Positions 1-7,424 of a stretch of 8,013 bases of DNA are shown here, piece by piece. The first letter of the stretch is position 1, and each line of letters starts with the position of its first letter. A program made the translations under genes and the position numbers. Location: contig NW_021828648.1 in assembly GCF_006345805.1 (NCBI RefSeq), positions 1-8,013 of the forward strand, given 5' to 3'. This DNA comes from Octopus sinensis. Taxonomy: Eukaryota. The notes beneath the pieces are model-generated. The model worked only from the letters and a program-made list of their open reading frames with translations, had not been told where the DNA came from and searched no databases.

Positions 1-315
1 TGTATATTGTGTATGTTCACGTATAAAATCACTATGTTAATTAATTATACACCTATGAATACATGTTTTATGTAGGTATTCTATATAGTTAGCATAAATG
101 GAAGCATATATGTAATTATGTGTGTGTGTATGTGTGTATGCGTGTGTGTGCTCATAAATCTGTACACATACATATATATGTATATATATATATATATATA
201 AATATATAAATACACATATATAAATGCATTTATGCAAACCTAAATTGATGTGTGTAGGTGTCTATGTATACTAAAGATTTCTGTGTATGTATACATACAT
301 GTATATGTACAAATA

Positions 316-347
<32 letters not shown>

Positions 348-388
348 CATATATACACATACAAATATATGTGTAAATATATATATGC

Positions 389-445
<57 letters not shown>

Positions 446-535
446 TATATATGTATGTACATATATATGTATGTATATATGTGTGTGTATATATGCGTGT
501 TGTATATGTGTGTGTGTGATGCAGGTACACACACA
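1..535. repeat. Compound (TA)n/(TG)n/(TATG)n microsatellite field
   Basis: Almost continuous TA, TG and CA dinucleotide runs, with a pure (TA)n stretch at about 392-433. Confidence 0.95.
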
Positions 536-597
536 TGCGGCCTCTATGTCTTTGCTTTCAGTTCAAATATAAAATTAAGGAAGAAGGAATACAATTA

Positions 598-746
598 ATA
601 ACAACAACAAACAACAATAAAACACAACTACCACCACAACCACCACCACCACCACCACCACCACCGTCACCACAACCACCACCACTGCCACCACCACCAC
701 TACCACCACCACTACTACCACAACCTCCACCACCACCACCACCAAC
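598..746. repeat. Trinucleotide microsatellite, (ACA)n grading into interrupted (CCA)n
   Basis: acaacaaca at about 598-630, then ccaccacca with cca/caa/ccg/cta interruptions at 631-745. Confidence 0.95.
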
Positions 747-815
747 GCAATTATTGTTTGTTTTTTTTCTAAAGCGAGATAAACGTAAATAAAAATCTCC
801 AAATCTTATTTCCAT

Positions 816-1161
816 TCTTTTACTTGTTTCAGTCATTTGATTGCGGCCATGCTGGAGCACCGCCTTTAGTCGAACAAACTGACCACAGGACTTATTCTTT
901 AGTAAGCCCAGTACTTATTCTATTGGTCTCTTCTTGCTGAACTGCTTAGTTACGGGGACGTAAACACACCAACATCGGTTGTAAAGCGATGGTGGGGTGG
1001 AGGGACAAACACATACATACACACACATATATATACGATGGGTTTCTTTCAGTTTCCTTCTACCAAATCCACTCACTTGCCCTAGGAGCCATGTAGTGTG
1101 ATTGAACCCAGAACCATGCGATTGGTAAGCAAGCTACTTACCACACACCCACTCCTGTGTC
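816..1161 (-). mobile_element. tRNA-derived SINE, family A, copy 1 (internal 37-bp deletion)
   Basis: Reverse complement aligns end to end with the copy at 2067-2484: head (ccacacacccactcctgtgtc at 1141-1161), central CA/TA repeat, and 3' end (tcttttacttgtttcagtcatttga from 816). Confidence 0.92.
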
Positions 1162-1179
1162 TGTTAGTTTTTGTTTTAG

Positions 1180-1182
<3 letters not shown>

Positions 1183-1217
<35 letters not shown>

Positions 1218-1594
1218 GAGTGAGAGAGCAGCACATGCCATCAAAGTGGCACTGGGGTAAAATATACGAAGCCCATTGTACCCATCATGACTACCCGTCT
1301 GATAAGGGTACATTAGGCACATGCATCACAACCATGTATGTGACATGGTGATCTCATATCAAGATAAACAGCACATGACCTTGCAGGTGGGGCCCAGTTA
1401 GAATTTTCTTCTGGTCGAGTAAAACATCCCTCTCAAAAGGTCCCTGAATAAGGGTTGTTTAAGGATGTTGAATGAAACACCCATGTTTCCAGAGGTGAAT
1501 TATTCAAACCCCAAAGAATCCCTCTCAACACATGGCTATGATGTTCCCCCAACTACTTCTGCTCGTGATCAGAGATGCACATATCGTCAGCCAC
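1183..1594 (-). mobile_element. (AAT)n-tailed retroposon-like element B (SINE body or LINE 3' fragment)
   Basis: About 375 bp of complex sequence (1218-1594) ending on the minus strand in an (AAT)n tail (1183-1217). It resembles an interspersed repeat I recall from octopus DNA. Only one copy is in the window, so its repeat status is not shown here. Confidence 0.55.
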
Positions 1595-1889
1595 GTTCCT
1601 TCTTGAGCCATGCCTGGCTCATAAGGGCCGGTTTCCCGGTTTCTTGGCGTATAGGTTCCCCACCTGGACAGGACGCCGGTCTGTCGCAGGTGAGCTGCAA
1701 GATACAGGAGGAAAGAGCGAGAGAAAGTTGAGGTGAAAGAGTCAGCAGAAGTTTCGCCATTATTTATGCCAGAGTCACGTGGAGCTTAGGTGTTTCGCTC
1801 ATAAACACACACATCGCCCGGTCTGAGATTCGAACCCACGATCCCTCAACCGCGAGTCCACTGCTCTAACCACAAGGCCATGTGCCTCC
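1595..1889 (-). mobile_element. tRNA-derived SINE, family C
   Basis: On the minus strand: GGAGGCACA start, A box TGGCCTTGTGG (1870-1880), B box GGGTTCGAATC (1827-1837), 32 nt apart as in tRNAs, followed by a non-tRNA body and a 3' stem-loop. There is no intact acceptor stem, so it is not a tRNA gene. Confidence 0.85.
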
Positions 1890-2066
1890 ACAGTTGTTCT
1901 TTACTTGAAAGCAGGCAACAACAAATCACCAAAGGCTTCCCTTTAGTGCCCTCCCCTCTGACTCAAAGAGACAAGACTCTCCTTAGAATGCGATCTGTCC
2001 CCAACAATGCTGGATCACTTCTGGATCACCTCGAACCTGACAGCAGGTGGAACAGCTTTGATCATA

Positions 2067-2231
2067 GGCGCAGGAGTGGCTGTGTGGTAAATAGTTTGTT
2101 TATCAACCACATGGTTCCGGGTTCAGTCCCACTGCGTGGCATCTTGGGCAAGTGTCTTCTGCTATAGCCTCGGGCCGACCAAAGCCTTGTGAGTGGATTT
2201 GGTAAAAGAAAACTGAAAGAAGCCTGCTGTG

Positions 2232-2272
<41 letters not shown>

Positions 2273-2484
2273 CTGTGTTTGTCCGCCCTAGCATTGCTTG
2301 ACAAATGATGCTGGTGTGTTTATGTCCCCGTAACTTAGTGGTTCGGTAAAAGAGACCGATAGAATAAGTACTGGGCTTACAAAGAATAAGTCCTGGGGTC
2401 GATTTGCTCAACTAAAGGCGATGCTCCAGTATGGCCGCAGTTAAATGACTGAAACAAGTAAAAGAGTAAAAGAGAGTAAAGAAA
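2067..2484 (+). mobile_element. tRNA-derived SINE, family A, copy 2 (full length)
   Basis: ggcgcaggag head, A-box-like tggctgtgtgg (2077-2087), B-box-like ggttcagtccc (2120-2130), body, central (TA)n/(TG)n, and 3' end gactgaaacaagtaaaagagtaaaagag. Homologous to three other copies in the window. Confidence 0.95.
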
Positions 2485-4984
2485 GGTCTCTCTACTGGAT
2501 CATGATTGACCTGGTGTTAAACAACAACTATATCCACTAATACTAACTACTATACTATACATTAGATAATGTAGTCCTAGATACACTATGCCTGAATAAA
2601 AGATGAGATGGTCACATCTGGAACATCTTTGATCATAGGTCTGTCTACTGGATCAGGACTGACCTGGGGTTAAACAACAACTATATCCACTAATACTAAC
2701 TACTATACTATACATTAGATAATGTAGTCCTAGATACACTATGCCTGAATAAAAGATGGGATGGTCACATCTGGAACATCTTTGATCATAGGTCTCTCTA
2801 CTGGATCAGGACTGACCTGGGGTTAAACAACAACTATATCCACTAATACTAACTACTATACTATACATTAGATAATGTAGTCCTAGATACACTATGCCTG
2901 AATAAAAGATGGGATGGTCACATCTGGAACATCCCTGATCATAGGTCTCTCTACTGGATCAGGACTGACCTGGGGTTAAACAACAACTATATCCACTAAT
3001 ACTAACTACTATACTATACATTAGATAATGTAGTCCTAAGTACACTATGCCTGAATAAAAGATGAGATGGTCACATCTGGAACATCTTTGATCATAGGTC
3101 TGTCTACTGGATCAGGACTGACCTGGGGTTAAACAACAACTATATCCACTAATACTAACTACTATACTATACATTAGATAATGTAGTCCTAGATACACTA
3201 TGCCTGAATAAAAGATGGGATGGTCACATCTGGAACATCCCTGATCATAGGTCTCTCTACTGGATCAGGACTGACCTGGGGTTAAACAACAACTATATCC
3301 ACTAATACTAACTACTATACTATACATTAGATAATGTAGTCCTAAGTACACTATGCCTGAATAAAAGATGAGATGGTCACATCTGGAACATCTTTGATCA
3401 TAGGTCTGTCTACTGGATCAGGCTGACCTGGGGTTAAACAACAACTATATCCACAATACTAACTACTATATTATATTTAGATAATGTAGTCCTAGATACA
3501 CTATGCCTGAATAAAAGATGGGACGGTCACATCTGGAACATCCCTGATCATAGGTCTCTCTACTGGATCAGGACTGACCTGGGTTAAACACAACTATATC
3601 CACTAATACTAACTACTATACTATACATTAGATAATGTAGTCCTAGGTACACTATGCCTGAATAAAGATGGGACGGTCACATCTGGAACATCCCTGATCA
3701 TAGGTCTCTCTACTGGATCAGGACTGACCTGGGGTTAAACAACACTATATCCACTAATACTAACTACTATACTATACATTATATGTAGTCCTAGATACAC
3801 TATGCCTGAATAAAAGATGGGACGGTCACATCTCTGAACATCTTTGATCATAGGTCTCTCTACTGGATCAGGACTGACCTGGGGTTAAAAACAACAACTA
3901 TATCCACTAATACTAACTACTATACTATACATTAGATAATGTAGTCCTAGATACACTATGCCTGAATAAAGATGGGACGGTCACATCTGGAACATCCTGA
4001 TCATAGGTCTCTCTACTGGATCAGGACTGACCTGGGGTTAACAACAACTATATCCACTAATACTAACTACTATATACTATACATTAATAATGTAGTCCTA
4101 GATACACTATGCCTGATAAAAGATGGGACGGTCACATCTGGACATCTTTGATCATAGGTCTCTCTACTGGATCAGGACTGACCTGGGGTTAAACAACAAC
4201 TATATCCACTAATACTAACTACTATACTATACATTAGATAATGTAGTCCTAGATACACTATGCCTGAATAAAAAGGGACGGTCACATCTGGAACATCCCT
4301 GATCATAGGTCTCTCTACTGGATCAGGACTGACCTGGGGTTAAACAACAACTATATCCACTAATACTAACTACTATACTATACATTAGATAATGTAGTCC
4401 TAGGTACACTGTGCCTGAATAAAAGATGGGATGGTCACATCTGGAACATCTTTGATCATAGGTCTGTCTACTGGATCAGGACTGACCTGGGGTTAAACAA
4501 CAACTATATCCACTAATACTAACTACTATACTATACATTAGATAATGTAGTCCTAGGTACACTGTGCCTGAATAAAAGATGGGACGGTCACATCTGGAAC
4601 ATCTTTGATCATAGGTCTCTCTACTGGATCAGGACTGACCTGGGGTTAAACAACAACTATATCCACTAATACTAACTACTATACTATACATTAGATAATG
4701 TAGTCCTAGATACACTATGCCTGAATAAAAGATGGGACGGTCACATCTGGAACATCTTTGATCATAGGTCTCTCTACTGGATCAGGACTGACCTGGGGCT
4801 AAATGACAACAACAACAGCCACTAATACTAACTGCTATACTAAACATTAGATAATGTAGTCCTAGATATACTATGTCTGAATAAAAGATGGGATGGTCAC
4901 AGCTGGAACAACTTGGAGCATAGGTCTCTCTCTGCTGGATCAGGACTGACCTTGGGCTAAACAACAATGAGAGCCACTAATACT
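2485..4984. repeat. Tandem array (satellite) of a 153-bp unit: 16 full units plus one partial
   Basis: Unit starts (ggtctc/ggtctg) at 2485, 2638, 2791, 2944, 3097, 3250, 3403, 3553, 3703, 3853, 4006, 4157, 4308, 4461, 4614, 4767 and 4923. Units are near-identical with no unique spacers. Confidence 0.98.
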
Positions 4985-5001
4985 ACAATCTGTGCTACAA
5001 G

Positions 5002-5085
5002 AACATCAATCGGCAAACAGAATCAGACAGAATCACTCAATCAATCAACAAACATCAATCAACATCAATCAACATCAATCAAAAT
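5002..5085. repeat. Short (AACATCAATC)n/(AATC)n repeat
   Basis: Three perfect 10-mers at 5051-5080, one more at 5002-5011, and aatc runs between them. Confidence 0.85.
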
Positions 5086-5407
5086 CGTATTTTACATAAA
5101 AAAAACATTTCTGTTTACTAATATTTTTTTTTTTCTGTGTTTGTGTTTCTTTAAAACGAACTCCGTCCCCCACCCAACCATGCCCACCCCTCTCCATAAA
5201 AATAAAATGCAATCAAAGAGTTGCAAGTAAATATATACACAGAACCAAGATGAAAGTCAACAGATAAATCTTGCCAGGGCCCCCCTGGGGTAACTTCATT
5301 TCATTTATTGGATATTTTTTCTTAAATTTTTCACTCACTAAAACAGGTTTTTATCAACTTTTATTTGTCCATCTGAGCAAACAATGTTTTTCTGGCCAAA
5401 TAAAAAT

Positions 5408-5461
5408 ACAACAACAACAGTAACAATAACAATAATAATAATGATAATAATAATAATAATG

Positions 5462-5501
<40 letters not shown>

Positions 5502-5513
5502 TAATTATTATTA
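5408..5513. repeat. (ACA)n to (AAT)n microsatellite
   Basis: About 100 bp of aat repeats with occasional gat/aac variants. Confidence 0.95.
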
Positions 5514-5521
5514 TGTAGCTA

Positions 5522-5902
5522 CACTTGCGTCAGAAATTAATTAGCACTTCTCAAATTTCTACATTAAATAGGTTAAATCAATTAACCTATGAGCTGTTCA
5601 AAACGTCTTACACGATGAGAAAACTTAGTATGGTGTGATTTCGGTCCTTGCGAGGCGCTACCTATATCTATTAAACAAAGGAAGATTTGTCTGCATCCGC
5701 ACTCCAAGTGTGGTTGCACTGCTATGTCAACATCATAAGGCTGTAGACTCTCAAAACTGCTCTGCAAACAAAGTTACGTCATCGTTCTGTGCAACAGTGA
5801 ACTTGCACAAAGCAATAGTTCGAGATATGGCCACTAGGTGACAGCACATACCTTGAGTGAAGAGAGCAAATCAAGGATGCTAATTAATTTCTGACGGTAG
5901 TG
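5522..5902. mobile_element. Non-autonomous Tc1/mariner-type DNA transposon (MITE), 381 bp
   Basis: 25-bp terminal inverted repeats: 5522-5546 cacttgcgtcagaaattaattagca versus the reverse complement of 5878-5902, cactaccgtcagaaattaattagca (23/25). TA on both sides (5520-5521, 5903-5904). No transposase ORF. TA duplication and CACT/CAGT ends are typical of Tc1/mariner. Confidence 0.88.
5828..5846 (+). promoter_or_regulatory. CTCF-like binding motif inside the MITE
   Basis: tggccactaggtgacagca matches the degenerate consensus TGGCCACYAGRKGGCRSYA at 18/19; the mismatch is G to A in the GGC core. Binding is not shown. Confidence 0.45.
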
Positions 5903-5904
5903 TA

Positions 5905-6303
5905 TGTGGTAAGTAGCTTGCTAACCAGCCACATGGTTCCGGGTTCAGTCCCGCTGCGTGGCATCTTGGGCAAGTGTCTTCTACTGTAGCCCCGGGCCGA
6001 CCAAAGCCTTGTGAGTGGATTTGGTAGACGGAAACTGAAAGAAGCCCGTCGTATATATGTATATATATATATATATATGCGCGTGTGTGTTTGTGTGTCA
6101 GTGTTTGTCCCTCTAGCATTGCTTGACAACCGATGCTGGTGTGTTTATGTCCCCGTTACTTAGCAGTTCGGCAAAAAAGACTGATAGAATAAGTACTGGG
6201 CTTACAAAAGAATAAGTCCCGGGGTCGAATTGCTCGATTAAAGGCGGTGCTCCAGTATGGCCGCAGTCAAATGACTGAAACAAGTAAAAGAGAGTAAAAG
6301 AGT
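5905..6303 (+). mobile_element. tRNA-derived SINE, family A, copy 3 (5' end split by the MITE)
   Basis: Begins tgtggtaagtagcttgctaacc and aligns with copy 2 through to gaaacaagtaaaagagagtaaaagag. Confidence 0.95.
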
Positions 6304-6349
6304 AATAATAGTAATGGTATGAACACAAACCAAAGAGAGTGGTAGAGTC

Positions 6350-6489
6350 AGGGGTTAAAGAAAAGTATTACAAATCCAACAGCTGTTTCTTGAGGCTCAC
6401 TGGTCTATAATTATGTTTGTAGATTGATTTCATCAGGGAAGAGATCTTTGAGTCCCCAGAAACAACTGTTGGATTTGTAACCCCTTTAA
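6350..6489. mobile_element. Small foldback/MITE-like element
   Basis: Inverted arms 6368-6390 ttacaaatccaacagctgtttct and 6458-6480 agaaacaactgttggatttgtaa (22/23). Outer aggggtta/taacccct pair (6350-6357, 6478-6485). TTAA at 6355-6358 and 6486-6489. Confidence 0.6.
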
Positions 6490-6641
6490 TTCTCAATATC
6501 ATTTCTATTCTGTGAAAGTCGGACCTTTTTTGTATGTAAAACATTTATACATTTTTTGTATTTAATATACTCTATATACTCACTTGTCTAAGTTGCATAT
6601 CCCTACATTTATATATATTAATACATACATACATATACACA

Positions 6642-6785
6642 TGCGTGGCACCTTGGGCAAGTGTCTTCTACTATAGCCTTGGCCCGACCAAATCCTTATG
6701 AGGGAATTGGATTTGGTAGACGGAATCTGAGAGAAGCCCATCATATATATGTGTGTGTATATAATATATATATATATATATATAT
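6642..6785 (+). mobile_element. SINE family A, copy 4, left part (headless body to central microsatellite)
   Basis: tgcgtggcaccttgggcaagtgtcttctactatagcc...agaagcccatc followed by (TA)n. Matches copies 2 and 3; the tRNA head is absent. Confidence 0.88.
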
Positions 6786-7053
6786 GTAGTTGCCAGCCTC
6801 GTCTGGCCCCCGTGGCACGTAAAAAGCACCAACCGATCGTGGCCGTTTGCCAGCCTCGTCTGGCACCTGTGCCGGTGGCATGTAAAAAGCATGCACTACA
6901 CTCACGGAGTGGTTGGCATTAGGAAGGGCATCCAACTGTAGAAACACTGCCAGATTAGACTGGGCCTGGTGCAGCCTTCTGGCTTCCCAGACCCCAGTTG
7001 AACCGTCCAACCCATGCTAGCATGGAAAACGGATGATGATGATGATGATGATG
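6786..7053 (+). mobile_element. 5'-truncated (GAT)n-tailed retroposon (family D) nested in SINE copy 4
   Basis: Unrelated to family A, ends in ccatgctagcatggaaaacg plus (GAT)n (7032-7053), and lies between the two halves of a family A SINE. Confidence 0.75.
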
Positions 7054-7269
7054 TGTATATGTTTGTGTGTCTGTGTTTGTCCCCCCAACATCGCTTGACA
7101 ACCGATGCTGGTGTGTTTATGTCCCCGTTACTTAGTGGTTCGGCAAAAAGAGACCGATAGAATAAGTACTAAGCTGACAAAGAATAAGTCCTGGGGTCGA
7201 TTTGCTTGATTAAAGGCGGTGCTCCAGCATGTCCACAGTCAAATATGACTGAAACAAGTAAAAGAGTAA
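7054..7269 (+). mobile_element. SINE family A, copy 4, right part
   Basis: Resumes with (TG)n, then tttgtccccccaacatcgcttgacaaccgatg through gactgaaacaagtaaaagagtaa, matching the 3' half of copies 2 and 3. Confidence 0.92.
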
Positions 7270-7424
7270 TAGGTCATTACATTTCTTTCCACTGGATTGC
7301 TTTGGGATCTGATAGCTGAGTCCGTTGGAAGAGCTTTCTATGATAACCATGCAATTTTCTGAATCCATATTTTATACTACACATTTTCATATACACATAC
7401 GTACAAACACAGACTGCCAGATAG

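Noticed and set aside
37-860. ORFs rich in YI/HT, poly-Pro, poly-Gly and poly-Val
   Set aside because: They are translations of dinucleotide and trinucleotide microsatellites, open in several frames on both strands.
1815-1889. Functional tRNA gene
   Set aside because: A and B boxes are present, but the acceptor and anticodon stems do not close and the sequence continues into a SINE body. The parent tRNA cannot be assigned confidently.
1465-2411. ORFs of 80-102 aa
   Set aside because: They lie mostly within SINE or element B sequence, cross element junctions, and show no recognisable domain. Similar peptides recur at 5880-6129 because the SINE recurs.
2485-2637. Hammerhead, twister or pistol ribozyme in the array unit (retrozyme-like)
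   Set aside because: No CUGANGA...GAAA core or twister/pistol consensus found by eye on either strand. An Infernal search would be decisive.
2485-4967. Repeat protein on the minus strand (153 bp = 51 codons, one TGA per unit: YDQRCSRCDHPIFYSGIVYLGLHYLMYSIVVSISGYSCCLTPGQS*SSRET)
   Set aside because: One stop in the best of six frames over 51 codons is unremarkable. There is no evidence for readthrough or selenocysteine, no suitable start or splice signals, and I recognise no domain. Ribosome profiling would be needed to revive it.
2485-4984. CRISPR array
   Set aside because: No unique spacers, 153-bp near-identical units, eukaryotic context and no cas genes.
5274-5293. ccaggg/ccctgg palindrome and second CTCF-like site
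   Set aside because: Only a 6-bp stem, and several mismatches at core CTCF positions; compatible with chance.
5774-5782. bZIP/CRE-like site ttacgtcat in the MITE
   Set aside because: Too short to support without binding data.
6847-6900. HDV-like ribozyme (cag-cctcgt-ctg resembles P3/L3)
   Set aside because: The loop is one nucleotide short of the usual UCCUCGY, and no P1 partner strand or P2 pairing is found upstream in this truncated copy.
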